From positions 144,150,001 to 144,214,000 of the forward strand of contig NC_042997.1 in assembly GCF_006345805.1 (NCBI RefSeq): 64,000 bases of DNA, read 5' to 3'. Positions within the stretch are counted from its first letter, which is position 1; every line of letters starts with the position of its first letter. This stretch comes from Octopus sinensis (taxonomy: Eukaryota). Shown here piece by piece: positions 26,750-39,748 of the stretch. The notes beneath the pieces are model-generated. The model had not been told where the DNA came from. It ran no database searches and was given only the letters and a program-made list of their open reading frames with translations. Both the position numbers and the translations under genes were made by a program.

Positions 26750-26785
26750 CTTTTACGTTTCGAGCCTACGCTCTTCAACCGAAAG
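26750..26785 (-). ncRNA. Minimal hammerhead-like motif with variant core (GAGC/GCTC family)
   Basis: CTTT-CGGTTGA-A-GAGC-GTAG-GCTC-GAA-ACGT-A-AAAG; stems intact, core U4G and A6U. Confidence 0.55.
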
Positions 26786-26793
26786 GAACACGA

Positions 26794-26854
<61 letters not shown>

Positions 26855-26971
26855 ATATAGTCAATTCAAATAAACAAACAATTCAACAATTCAATAAAAC
26901 AAATAAAAACGGTCAAAAGGAGGAAGTGCATAAGAAATGTATTAGTTTTACACTCGGTGAAAAGAGAGAGA

Positions 26972-27006
26972 GTTTGAGGTTTCGAGCATGGCTCTTCGTC
27001 GGAAAG
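26972..27006 (-). ncRNA. Degenerate minimal hammerhead (GAGC/GCTC family)
   Basis: CTTT-CCGACGA-A-GAGC-CAT-GCTC-GAA-ACCT-C-AAAC. Confidence 0.5.
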
Positions 27007-27098
27007 GAGAAAGGGGAAAAGTCCAGAGAAGGAAAATAAATCGCCAACAGTACACGTGTAGTTATAGTGCTGAATATATATACTCCTGCAAAGGATAC

Positions 27099-27188
27099 CT
27101 ACCAGTTCCATTGAATAAATCAGCAACATGAAAACTCCAGAATTAGTTGTGTAAACCTTTGACCGTTCAGATAAACTTGTTTTATTTA
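27099..27188 (-). CDS. Candidate 90-nt coding exon
   Basis: TTTGTTTCTAAG acceptor, TAG/GTATCC donor; NKTSLSERSKVYTTNSGVFMLLIYSMELV. Confidence 0.35.
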
Positions 27189-28299
27189 CTTAGAAACAAA
27201 CAGGAAATTATGTTGGTCATTTGTTCTACCTCATTCTTTGTACTTGGTAAACCTCTTTTATGGGTATAATTGCAAGAGATACATTTCCCAAAACACGAAA
27301 TCACTATGATAACATTACTTTCTTACTTGGATGCTAGCTAATGACAAGAGTTATTATTTTTGTTAATTTTTGTCACCAGTCAGCTGTGATCCAACAGCTC
27401 TAGGATCAAAGGCTCTTCACCTGTTGTCCTCCTGACCTATTTTTCGACATAGTATATTTAGGACTACATTAATTAATACGTTGCTCCTAGTTTAAATCAG
27501 CACGGTGTGATTTAGGGATAACTAGTCATTGTCCAGCGTGAGAGATTTGGCAGGACAAAAGCGGCTACGTAGGTACTCCTTCACTGGTTTGACAGCTGAT
27601 GGTGATGTTACCCCTGTTTTTGCTGTTGCTTGACTCCAGATCAACCCTAATCAAGCAAATCTATGGCCAGGGATATTTCAGCTATGACTATCCTGTATTA
27701 TATTTTTTGTATACATGGACCCCCGGAACATATCATCTAAGACGCCGTAGTGTTACCTGAGTAAAATTTGGCTGCTGTTTCTAGCAGCTCGAACAACCAC
27801 GTAGAAGTGCCCTTATTGAACCAACATTTAGATGTAATAAACTTTGGTCAAATTTTCACAAATCTTATTAAATAGCTTCCTTTGCACCTTCAGTAAAAGC
27901 TGCCGATAAACTTTCTTCATTATAACTTACAACACTAAATTAAATCAGAGGATTGACATAGATAAAATATTGTTTATTTCTGAAACAAATCTATTCCAAG
28001 ATTAACCATTTTATGGCTATATTTCTATTGAGAGATATAATTCATAGACTTTGATAGATTTGGAAATAGAACGGATGAAATTAAGATATTCAGCAACCAA
28101 GGCTAGCTTTACCATATGCAACTCCCTTTCCAACTACCGTCTATTCCTCTTTTATCCAGCCTTAGATTGTGCACTCATTTTAACATTTTTTTTCTACAAA
28201 TTCTTCACCTTTTTTTCATACAAACTGAAAAATGAAGTTGAAAAATTATAATTAACTTGTGCGCAAGAAATCTATAACATTTTGGTTTCAGATTTTGGC

Positions 28300-28650
28300 A
28301 CAAGTTTTTCAATTTCGGGCGAGAATTAGGACGATTACATCGACCTCAGTGTTCCACAGTTACTTATTTCATTGACCCTGAAATTTTAAAGGCAAAGTTG
28401 ACCTCGGCGGAATTTGAACTCAGAATGTTAAAGACGCTGCCAGCTCAAATATTGGCTTCAAATTTTGGCACAAGGCTAGCAAGTTCAGAGGGGAGAATAA
28501 GTCAACTACATCGACCCCAGTGCTCGACTGGTCCTTATTTTATTGACCCTGAAAAGAAGAAAGGCAAAGTCGACCTCGGTAGAATTTGAACTCAGAACGT
28601 TAAGGACGAATAAAACCATGCTAAGGATTTTGCCGGGCGTGCTAACTGGC
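28300..28650 (-). mobile_element. Two adjacent SINE family B copies
   Basis: Two GAATTTGAACTCAGAA / GACCTCGG cores. Confidence 0.75.
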
Positions 28651-28947
28651 AAAACCCTTAACATGTTGGACACAATGCTTAACAGCATATCTTCTTGATC
28701 TTTACATTCGGAATGTAAAGAGGGTCGATGTAATCTACTATCGCATCCCGTAAAATAGCTCGCCTTGTGCCAACATATGAAACCATTATCAAACGTATCA
28801 GTCAACATATGAAACCATTATCAAACGTATCAGTCAAAATCGTTAATGATTCACGCCACATCACGTGCTTGGTCACTACACCTTCCAACCTTCCATCTAT
28901 CTTCCATCTTCCACTGTTCAGGGAGTAATCGCTATTTTCTACACAAA

Positions 28948-29503
28948 GCACAAGGCCCGAAATTTTGGGGGAGAAGTCCAGTCGATAAGATCGACTCCAG
29001 TACGCAACTGGTACTTAATTTATCGATCCCGAAGGGATAAAAGGCAAAGTCGACATCGGCGGAATTTGAACTCAGAACGTAGCGGCAGACGAAATACCTA
29101 TTTCTTTACTACCCACAAGGGGCTAAACACAGAGAGGACAAACAAGGACAGACAAACGGATTAAGTCGATTATATCGACCCCAGTGCGTAACTGGTACTT
29201 ATTTAATCGACCCTGAAAGGATGAAAAGCAAAGTCGACTTCGGCGGAATTTGAACTCAGAACGTAGCGGCAGACGAAATACCTATTTCTTTACTACCCAC
29301 AAGGGGCTAAACACAGAGAGGACAAACATACGGATTAAGTCGATTATATCGACCCCAGTGTGTAACCGGTACTTGTTTAATCGACCCCAAAAGGATGAAA
29401 GGCAAAGTCGACCTCAGCGGAATTTGAACTCAGAACGTAACGGCAGACGAAATACCGCTATGCATTTCGCCCGGCGTGCTAACGTTTCTCCCTGCTTGCC
29501 GCC
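28948..29503 (-). mobile_element. Trimeric SINE family B concatemer
   Basis: GAACTCAGAACGT recurs at about 29068, 29252 and 29426, with a shared linker CTACCCACAAGGGGCTAAACACAGAGAGGACAAAC. Confidence 0.85.
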
Positions 29504-29842
29504 TTGGGAGTGATGTTCCTTGCTCTCATTATTTCTACGATTTCAAGTTTCTAGTATTTAAGATGTTCAGAATTTTACAACCCCCCCCCCCAGATTTTAG
29601 TGTATTATGACTACTACTTGGCCAAGTGTGTAGTACCAGTCCTGATCAGTTGGAGAAATTTTCTAAAGTAAAATTTCACGTTATTAAAATGATCTTTAGA
29701 ATAAATAATACGTAAAACTGTCTTACATAAAATTGTAATTTCAGGTTTTAATTTAAATATGGATGTGTTACGATAATGACTGAACGTGAAGATGTCTTGG
29801 AAAAATGAATGAAAGAAGAACATTATTACGAAGGTCATTTAC

Positions 29843-29915
29843 TTTTGTTTGTAAATGCAGTAATATGGTTTCTGTCCATGGTTCATTCTCTATGTTTGTA
29901 GCTTCTCTGCGACTG
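29843..29915 (-). CDS. Candidate first coding exon
   Basis: Strong acceptor TATCTTTCTTCGTAG, GTAAAT donor; ACCATGG start at 29879 gives MDRNHITAFTNK plus 1 nt, phase-compatible with 27188. Confidence 0.3.
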
Positions 29916-30059
29916 CTACGAAGAAAGATATTGTAACAATTGTCTTTATAACTAGAGAGAGTTATGACTTTGTTAAGCTATACATAAAAATAATCACAAA
30001 CGAGAGTGTGCCGAAGTATCGTTTATTCTGCTTCAGTCATCTACACTGCGAGGAAGAAA

Positions 30060-30140
30060 ACGATCGGCCATTTAAACCCGAGTTTCATTTACCGCCTAAC
30101 CGGAAGTCCTTTCTATCTGCGGACCTGCTCGATAGCTAAC
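30060..30140. promoter_or_regulatory. Possible promoter: CpG-retaining unique DNA with an ETS-type motif
   Basis: AACCGGAAGT at 30098-30107, just upstream of the candidate minus-strand exons. Confidence 0.3.
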
Positions 30141-31696
30141 CCGCAGTCAAGGACCTCGTCTATATAGTTCGTCTGTTATGAGTTCATTGGCAATATCCTA
30201 CAGAGCGATAGTTCTATTCTCGCATGTCACTCTTTGACTATGGAATCGGCCGATGCTCTTGGTTTTGCATCGCATTTACCAAAGAGGTGGACTTAACATT
30301 TAACTGTGTATTTATATGTTTTATAATTAAAGTAGGTCAACTGAGAACAGCAGAATTTCTCCAGAATGATCTGTTTTGCTCTTTTCACGATCAGAGAAAG
30401 ATCAACAGGTCAACTTATTCACATTAATCTTCAAGTGCGGAGAGGAGAAAACAATAGACCGGAAAATTGCTTGTCAATTAATAAAAAGGTAGATTCGGTT
30501 TCGAATCTCAGCTTCAGTTATTTTGTTGCTGGTCGCAACAAACGCTTTAAAATGAGAAATCTCGTAACCTAAACCCATGCGGTTAGTTCGGAAAGGGTTA
30601 AAGTGAATTCCAAAAAATTAGATTCCTTGCATGATTTTACATAGCCAAGAGTTTACTATTTTTTTTATAATTCAACACTCAGAAGAGGTAATTCTATAAA
30701 GATTCCAATACGTAAACAGACACAAGATTTAATAATCAATTTTTATTCATTCACAAATCCTCCGCAAGCAATTAATCAATTTTCCGTATCAACAGCCTCT
30801 ATTGATAAGTGCACAAATATAGTCCAGATATATGTAAACAGAAACATGTAGCACCAAATCAGCCAGTCGTAATATATGCAGACGTACACAAACGTTTTTC
30901 AGGCTTCAGGTGCTTAAATACAAATCTTTGTGGATATATCTTTAATTATTCATAAATTATTGAATATGAATATAAGAAAGAAACATCAAATGTTAGAAAT
31001 GAAATAATTTGTAACTCTGAAAGCTACAAAAGATGATCATGTACCAAACGGAGAGCTTCAAACGGTAAAGATTGTTAGGCAAAACGTTAGACTGCAAAGA
31101 ACCAAAGTCCACCTTATTACTTTTGATTCCCGTTAGAAGCATTTTTCCCTTTAATTTATGTTATCAATGCTGTGAATGAAAGTGTTACAAATGTTATATG
31201 AATTCTTTCTACTTCAATCCAAATTTATCACCATGTCTATATTAATGTTGCTAAGTCGATAAACATATACATGTTGGACCTCGTATGACCCTGCCTGAGA
31301 TTCGAAACCGAATCTGGAAATTCTCCCTGACTTTACGTTCTGGGTTCAAATTCCGCTGAGGTCGACTTTGCCTTTCATACTTTCGGGGTCAATAAATTAA
31401 GTAGAAACCCGTTGTATATATAAGTATATGTATATATTTATGTGTGTATCTTTGTGTCTGTGTTTGTCCCCCCACCCCCACCCACATCGCTTTACAACCG
31501 ATGTTGGTGAGTTTACGTCCCCGTAGCTTAGCGGTTCGGCAAAAAGAAGGATTGAACTTGAACAAGTACCAGGCTTACACAATATAAGTCCAAGGGTCGA
31601 TTTCTTTGACTAAAAGGCAGTGCTCCAGCATAGCCCCGGTCAAATGACTGAAACAAGTAAAAGAATTTAAAAAATAGAATAAACCCACACACAAAG

Positions 31697-31866
31697 GCGC
31701 AGGAGTGGCTGTGTGGTAAGTAGCTTGCTAACCAACCACATGGTTCCGGGTTCAGTCCCACTGCGTGGCATCTTGTGCAAGTGTCTTCTGCTATAGCCCC
31801 GGGCCGACCAAAACCTTGTGAGTTGATTTGGTAGACGGAAACTGAAAGAAGCCCGTCGTATATATG

Positions 31867-31901
<35 letters not shown>

Positions 31902-32110
31902 ATGTGTTTGTGTGTCTGTGTTTGTCCCCCTAGCATTGCTTGACAACAGATGCTGGTGTGTTTACGTCCCCGTCACTTAACGGTTCGGCAAAAGAGACCG
32001 ATAGAATAAGTACTGGGCTTGCAAAGAATAAGTCCCGGGGTCGATTTGCTCGACTAAAGGCGGTGCTCCAGCATGGCCGCAGTCAAATGACTGAAACAAG
32101 TAAAAGAGCA
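31697..32110 (+). mobile_element. SINE family A, full length (preceded by a 3'-half copy at 31405-31670)
   Basis: Near-consensus head, microsatellite and tail. Confidence 0.9.
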
Positions 32111-32811
32111 AAAAGCAAAGAACAAACATATAATCTCATATTCACAAGAGCAATTTTCTGGCAGTTGCCGAAAGTAATTTCGCGTGATTGATTAACAAAC
32201 TTAGATCCGGCCATCATGATTTTATCAGTAACATACTTCCTATACTCATCCCTGCGCACTACAAAACGCTGCAATGCTAAGAGGCAGCATGAGACAGAAA
32301 GTCTAGGAACACTAATGTATTTAAGAATGCGGTTGTATTTTTAAATGACTAGTAAGAAAATATGAAAGTCATTATAAAGGTTTAACTTGGACACTCATAC
32401 ACGCCCGGGGGTATATGTGTGTGTATACATATATAAATGATTGTGTGCATATGTGTGGGCATTTAGATAGATATGTGTGTGTGTATAAATATATGTGTAC
32501 ATATATGAATATGTACATACAGCACTTGTGTATGTGTGTGTGTGTGTGTAAAAAGAGAGAGAGAAGAAGGTAGATAGATAGGAAGATAGGTACATAGATG
32601 TATATACATGTGCTGTATATGTATGTGTATGGATGTCACTATATCTACGCGCACACATATATCTACGTATATATATGTGTGTGTGTGTATAAACCTATAT
32701 TATAGGTGTGTGTGTGTATGTACGTACGTATGTATATATGTATATGCATGTATATGTATTTGTGTTTATATATGTACTTGTGCATATACATGTATTTGTG
32801 TATGTATATAC

Positions 32812-33215
32812 TCTTTTACTCTTTTACTTGTTTCAGTCATTTGACTGCGGCCATGCTGGAGCACCGCCTTTAGTCGAGCAAATCGACCCCGGGACTTATT
32901 CTTTGTAAGCCCAGTACTTATTCTATCGGTCTCTTTTGCCGAACCGCTAAGTGACGGGGACGTAAACACACCAGCATCGGTTGTCAAGCAATGCTAGGGA
33001 GACAGACACAGACACACAAACACATACACATACATATATATATATATACATATATACGACTGGCTTCTTTCAGTTTCCGTCTACCAAATCCACTCACAAG
33101 GCATTGGTCGGTCCGGGGCTATAGCAGAAGACACTTGCCCAAGATGTCACGCAGTGGGACTGAACCCGGAACCATGTGGTTGGTTAGCAAGCTACTTACC
33201 ACACAGCCACTCCTA
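32812..33215 (-). mobile_element. SINE family A, full length
   Basis: Near-consensus reverse complement. Confidence 0.9.
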
Positions 33216-33439
33216 TGTATATAATAACAAACACAAAACCAAGGAAATGAACATTTTTTCTTAAACAACGAAAAAATAGAGCACAAGACATACAACACAA
33301 GGAAAATTCCCCTTCTTCAGCCGCCTCTGTTTCATCTACTCCGTGTTTCGAAGGTATGTATGTATATGTATTTGTGGTAGTGGTGGGGGGGGCACCGGTC
33401 AGTTTGTTTTAAATGTTACTGTTAACATGCAATCCACTT

Positions 33440-34420
33440 TAAACATGTTACTGCTCACAAGAATTGTACAGCTCACAAGAATTGGCAGGGGCAAGGTCTC
33501 GATATGACGATCCAGGCCGCCTCGGAAGACCTAGAAAAATGATACAAACAATCACGGTTGAGGACATAATACCGAGGGTCAGAGTGGCAGGCAGGATCCC
33601 TCGGTGCTATAAATGTCCTCCACTATCGCAGAAATACAAGCCAAGCCCGTGAGGAGGAAGGAAGCCTCACCTCCGCCTCCAGCAGTAACAAGTGCAGAAG
33701 CAGAGATAAGCAAAGATAAGGAAGAAGACGGATGGGGAAAGGTGGGGAAAAAAAGTAGACAGAGAAGGAGGAAGACAATCTGTGAGTGATGAAGCCCATC
33801 CCACGCCCACCCGACTCCCACCCAAACCAACCCTTCCCCTGAAAACACCAATCCTCTCACTGCCCCACCTGACACGGAAAAATGAGCATATGCACACAGG
33901 AGCCCCAAATTTCCCAATCCCTGTCCTGTAAGGAAAGAAAGGAAAAAGAGAAGTACATCGTTTTTTACGATGAAGCAAATGCCAAACTTATAAATGAAAT
34001 CCATCGTTGGGACAAGACAATATATGTGAGCACGTATCTTTGTGATGAGGTGCCCAGGAATTTGGGTTATATTATAGTCGATCCTGTGTATGTAGAACGA
34101 GTAAAGGAATATGAAGAGAACATTAAATACGTGGAAAAGAATATAGATACCAGCGAGATGCCCATAATTTAAATTAAAACAAGACTTTGGTATAGATATT
34201 TTACAATGATTAACAGTTTTAAAATATTTTTTTAAAAAAAGAAGAAAAAGTATGATTGTAACGTTAAATGAAGACGTGGGGTCGAGCGTCATCATTTCAT
34301 TACTCATTTTATTTCATTTTCATTCATCCTTCCATCTGCTTTTATGTCCCCACTTTCATTGTACCGTTGTGTGTGTTTATGTACTGTCTCCTGTATATTT
34401 AGCCCCCTGTGGGCAATAAA
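33440..34420 (+). mobile_element. Divergent ORF1(gag-knuckle)-like element remnant
   Basis: VRVAGRIPRCYKC knuckle start, K/E-rich linker, ORF 33882-34172; T-rich 3' UTR ending GCCCCCTGTGGGCAATAAA, like GCCCCTTGTGAGTAATAAA at about 22708. Confidence 0.55.
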
Positions 34421-34432
34421 AATTTTGTTGTT

Positions 34433-35511
34433 ACAATAATCTGAAATGGAAAAGTCAAAGCGTGGTATTCGAGCAATTTTGCTATTCAACTTCAAAAAAA
34501 AAAACGTAAAGCAGCTGAAACTGCTTGCGATATCAACGAAATATTTGGTGAGGAAATGACCAATGAGTGGTTAGCTCGAAAATGGTTTAAACGACTTCGC
34601 ATTGGAGACCAGTGCCTTGAAGATCGTGAGCGTAGTGGACGCCCATCTTTCATCGATGATGGCCAATTAAAGACCGTCATTGAGAAAGATCCACGTAAAA
34701 CCACTCGAGATTTGGCAAAAGAACTTCAAGTTAGCCAGAAAACTGCCTGCAAACATTTGCATGTGATCGGAAAATGAAAAACGTTCGACAAATATGTACC
34801 ACACGACTTGAATGAAAATCAGAAAATGTGCAAATATGAAATTTGCTCGGCGCTTCTTTTCCGTAACCAATCCAATCCATTTCTCGACCGTGTTGTAACT
34901 TGCGATGGAAAGTGGATTCTGTACAATAATAATTTTAAAAAAACGTTTTTCGCAGTGGTTGGACCAAAATGAAGCACCGAAAACCTTCCTAAATCCGAGC
35001 TCTTCAAAAAGGTTATAGTGACTGGCGGTATACTGCTGAACTCATCCGCTATAACTTTTAAAAACCCGGAAAAACCATTATTGCAGAAATATATTGCCAC
35101 AAAATTGCCAAAAATGAACGAAAAACTACTACTCCTCCGTCCCAGACAGGTCAACAGAAGAGGGCCAATCATTCTTCACGACAATGCTCGATCACATGTT
35201 TCATTAATAACGCTCCAGAAATTGAAGTTCTTCGCCACCCAGCTTATTCCCCAAACCTTTCTCCCACCCACTACCACTTTTTCAAGCACCTTGATGGTTT
35301 ACTGCGAGAGAAGGAGTTTAAAAATCAAACCGATGCTGAAAGTACGTTCAAAGAGTTCATCAGCTCCAGAACTCCAGATTTTTATGTTACTCGTGGGCAA
35401 AAATGTATTGATTGTAATGGTACTTTAATGAATAAAATTTCTGCAGTTTTGAAATATATTGTGATAAATTTCATATTTCAAAACGTTGCTTACTTTCTAC
35501 TCATCCTGATA
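34433..35511 (+). mobile_element. Degenerate mariner transposon (5' TIR missing)
   Basis: ARKWFKRLR, DRERSGRP, YVPHDL, VVTCDGKWILY, ILHDNARSH, DGLLR; 3' TIR-like CTTACTTTCTACTCATCCTGATA. Confidence 0.9.
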
Positions 35512-36129
35512 GAAGACAATATAGTTAGAAATATCAACTATCTTGTAACAGTGCGATGGCATAAAAATACACGAGATGGTGGAAGAATACAAAATCAAAC
35601 TCATAAGTCAAATACCAAAGTATAGAAAGCAAATGCAACGTTCGATGCACATTGCTGTTTATCGTTCCTCTATGCATGCACAGGATTTCCTGCTATGCCA
35701 GAGTAGCATACACCAGCTATGACAACGAACTGTTGCTTGCTACGGACAATGACATCTTCATGAAATCATATAACAGATAAAAAGCGCGACCTGAAAATTC
35801 GTTATGGTACAATTTAGTTCAAAATAATGCAATCAATAATACACTACAATGTAATGTAATATTATAATTATAATACTGCGAGACAGATGTCAAAGGTTGT
35901 GCTACGTACAAATAAATCAATACTAGCACTACATGTAAAATAAAGAACACGAATCCTGATACAGAGTGTAAGTCACAATACCCAGAGATCAGAATGTAAG
36001 TGTTTAGTATACATAACGTTGGCATTCTGGAATACACCATCTCAGGGTGCATAATACAAAAACAAATAGTAAATATAGTAACCAGAATAATCCAAGCATA
36101 AAATATTCTGTTATTCTTGGGTTACACTG

Positions 36130-36420
36130 GAGACGCGCTAGTAGAAGGTGGCGGCGTTTGCATGACCATACACTTCTTGATCGCCATCACCACCATCGAC
36201 GTAGTGGATATCCATAAAGGATAGGGCATGTAACATGCGAGCATTTCTGTTCAAACATTCCAGTCAATCCAGGTTATTCGTTGGGTGAGCAGTGCATAGA
36301 GTTTTGGTTGTTTAATGGTGTGGATATGCCGGGTTTACGAAGAGGATGTAGAATTTTGTGCACCTTATGCAGCTGACTAGAACTAGACGGTTGGATTGTT
36401 GGTAGAATCCTACGAATCAC
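36130..36420 (-). pseudogene. Possible Ty3/Gypsy integrase N-terminal (HHCC-region) remnant
   Basis: HKVHKILHPLRKPGI and, frameshifted, LLTQRITW resemble the Gypsy LH.LSHPG...LITQRFVW region. Confidence 0.4.
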
Positions 36421-36531
36421 GCTGACGCGATTCTTATAGCTCTATTTACGGAGTCCGTGTGCAATAAGGAAAGTAAGGATGGATGGATAGTATTCCATCT
36501 AATGACTCCGCTCAGAAGGCTGTAATGTTAT

Positions 36532-37137
36532 TGTGGTAGGAACTCAGTAAAGAAATACATGGAACAAAGGGGATAACTTTATATACGTTTATTGTGGTCA
36601 CACGTATATATATACACAAGCTGAACGGAAGTAGTTGATGGACGTTTGTTCATATATCTACATGCATCTGCGTGGGTTTTATGTTAGCTGTTAACCCTGG
36701 CGAGAATCTCACGAAGAGCGATGTGTAAGAACCAGTGCAATGTGATGGTGCTGTGTAGATGTTGACGACGTTGGTGAGAGACATCATGGTGGCGACGAAG
36801 ATTGAGGTCGCTGTAATGTGGTCAGTGGTCAGACCATAGGAAGTCGGAAACCAACTAACGCCAAGCTTAGGAAGAGGTGAGCTTTTATAGCTGACGGGTA
36901 GGCTCAAATGTTTGTTTGGAACAGACTGTCTCATGTGACTTACTTGAAAGCTGTGATTGGTTGGGTTGGGTTGCATATTGGCGCGCGATAGAGTATGAGA
37001 CAAATTGCACCAATACCAACCAATCGGAGTGGTAGGAACAACGGGGTCCAAAACAGCGCTCAAAGGTTAGCTGTTACCTGCTATGTTCATATGTCTGTTA
37101 TATAATAGAGAGACGAAACTCACTAGAGTTCGCTACA
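36532..37137 (-). mobile_element. LTR (about 606 bp) of a Gypsy-like element
   Basis: Minus strand starts TGTAGCG after a G-rich PPT-like tract, contains CTATAAAAG and AATAAA, and ends CTACCACA. Boundaries inferred. Confidence 0.55.
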
Positions 37138-37911
37138 GACGGCCCCACCACAAGTCATTTTGTGGGAGACAAAATAGATGATAAAAGAAACAGATTTCTG
37201 TAGCGAAGAGGTGAAAGAGGTCGCGTAACCAGTAAAACTTGATGTGCAAACGTGATGGACCTACGTGCAACTAAACGGAAATCACGGGAATGCGAAAAAT
37301 CAAGGTAACTAAGAGAATATTGGCTGCTGTGAGAGTGGGCTTTGCCAAGAATTTGCCTGCAAAACTGAGTCGTTTGCAGAGGCAAAGGTTTTAGGTGCTA
37401 GAAAACCGACAGTGACTAGCGAAGAGAGTCGAGCCATAAAGATGGCGGCAAAAGAAGGAAGTTCCAACATGCAAGAGACTTGGTGTTGATCAGGCACCAA
37501 AGAAAGAAAATGCATGGAACGCTACGTGATACAAAAAAAAATAAGTTTGTAAGAGGTGGTTTGTGCGTCCTACAAACCAGAGAAGAAACGCATGACAAAA
37601 ACACGCAAGGGGCTTTTTGCCGGATGAGAAAAGGCTTGAGAAAAGCATTCTGCTAGAATAAACCTAGAAATGTGTCGGAGTGGATAGCATGCGGCAGACA
37701 GCATGTATGTGTATATGTATGTAAAATAAAATATGAACAAAACATTTAGCAATCAAAAGAGGAACAACAAGGAAAAACGTTCAGTAAAGAAAGGTGTCCA
37801 TCAAATAGAACAAAGCATATATGTACAATGATACAGAAAGAAAGAAAATATGAATGCGGTGTCTATAGCAACATAAGTCTATTCTCTGGAACAGTCGCGG
37901 GCGAAGCAAAG

Positions 37912-38275
37912 TTAAGTGATGTAAATAGTCTGAGACAATTTCTTCGGTCTATGAACCGATCTGCCAGGACGTGTCCTGTAAGGTGAAGCATGTGTTTGTG
38001 TAGTTGGTGTTTTGGTGAGTGGATGTGGTACTTGTGTGGGTGACGGTGTTTGTGGAATGATGATGTGTCAGTAAGTGGCATAAATGTTTCGGAAAAGGCT
38101 TTTTTCTCTGTCGATAGAGACAATCCCCTTTTCCGTGAATGTCCACAGTGAAGAATTTCGGTGTGCTTTTTAAGAACGCGATCGGGTCCAATGTAGGGAG
38201 ATGTAAGTGGTCCCTTGACGGCATCATTTCTTACAAACACGCGTATCCAGGTAGAAATATCTGGAGGTACTGTAG
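37912..38275 (-). pseudogene. Ty3/Gypsy integrase C-terminal remnant
   Basis: PDISTWIRVFVRNDAVKGPLTSPYIGP, STPKFFTVDIHGK, YRTRPGRSVHRPKKL then stop at 37912-37914. Confidence 0.85.
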
Positions 38276-39250
38276 GGATGGGTGCTTTTTAATGCCACTG
38301 GTATTTGTCAAGTCACCATATGGACTTGTAAGACAGAAAAAGTACAGGGAAATAGAAAAAGGAAAAAGCTCTCACTATTAAAGAAGGGAGTATTTGAGAG
38401 GAGAGGTGAAGGTGGAAGGCTTTATGCCAGGATGTAGAAAGGCTACAGTTTAACAGCGGGAAATAAATGACTGAAGAAGTTAAAAGGTGGTAGTGATAGG
38501 GTACTAGAGCAAACTCAATGAACAAGAAGGTGAGCACAAGAGAGGACACAGACAGTTAGTCATAGAAAGAGATGAGAGAAAGGTCATTTTCAAAAAATGT
38601 CGGTGGGGAGTAACAGAGAGTTAAATATATGAGTAGATGTGAATGTAGTGAGTGACGAGCAAGGGTGGATGTGCAGCTGAAGGTAAAAACCAGTATCGTG
38701 AAGAGTAAGGTGATTAGGTGAGGGATATAGGAGTGGGTGAGGAAGGAAAATATATCAGCAAGTAGTGGGATGACATAGAGAGTGTAGGAGGAGTGGAGAG
38801 GGTGATATGGAGGAATATAAGAGGACTATAGTAAATATGAGAGAGCATTGAGATTAATAGCAGATAAGTGTTAAAAATGGAGTATAGCAGAGGGAAGAGA
38901 GCAATAGCTGAAGACACAGCATGGAAGTGATAGGTGGAAATAGTGTGGGCAGAGATGACAATAAGGATGGAAGTGAGAGAGAGAGAGTGTGTGGGGAGGA
39001 AGGAAATGACCTGAAGGAAGGGGAAGTAATATGTGCCAGTACTACTCTCAGATGATAACAGCAATTGAGTAGTACCATAAATGGAGTGGTGGATGTTAGA
39101 TGAAAACCAGTGGTGGATGTTAGATGAAAATCAGAGGAAACGGTCTATGTGTCAGATACAGTGGGGTCAGTACCTCCATACGTAGTAGCATAACTGATAC
39201 ATACATATATACATATATTCACACATACATATATATGTACATATAAATGT

Positions 39251-39353
<103 letters not shown>

Positions 39354-39618
39354 AGAAATGAAACTGAAAATGCTCAGAGAATATATTAAAATTAATTAGA
39401 ATTTAATTACATTTAAAATATAGGAATACACTTTGCCAATTTCACATTAGATTTTCAAAAGTGTATAGTATATGGGGCTGTCTCCCAAATTAAGTCTATT
39501 CTGACTATTCCTATAAAAATAATTTGTTTTCAAACTAACAATTTGGCTTAGAATGTTATTCATTAACATAGCTATCATCTATCTCGTTTACTCCACACCT
39601 TGTTATCTCACCCTACAC

Positions 39619-39717
39619 CAGTGGTTCCCAACATTTTCACTATCTAGGACCCCTTTTATTTAAACGAGTTTTTTCCTTACGGACCCCTTTTAATATGCTT
39701 ATCCTCATGTGAGTATA

Positions 39718-39748
<31 letters not shown>

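Noticed and set aside
24252-29503. CRISPR-like arrays (66-bp and about 180-bp repeats)
   Set aside because: No unique spacers, no cas genes, eukaryotic context.
30366-30488. Plus-strand ATG-to-donor segment (MICFALF...NKK) as the first exon of a divergent gene
   Set aside because: No compatible downstream exon found; insufficient support.
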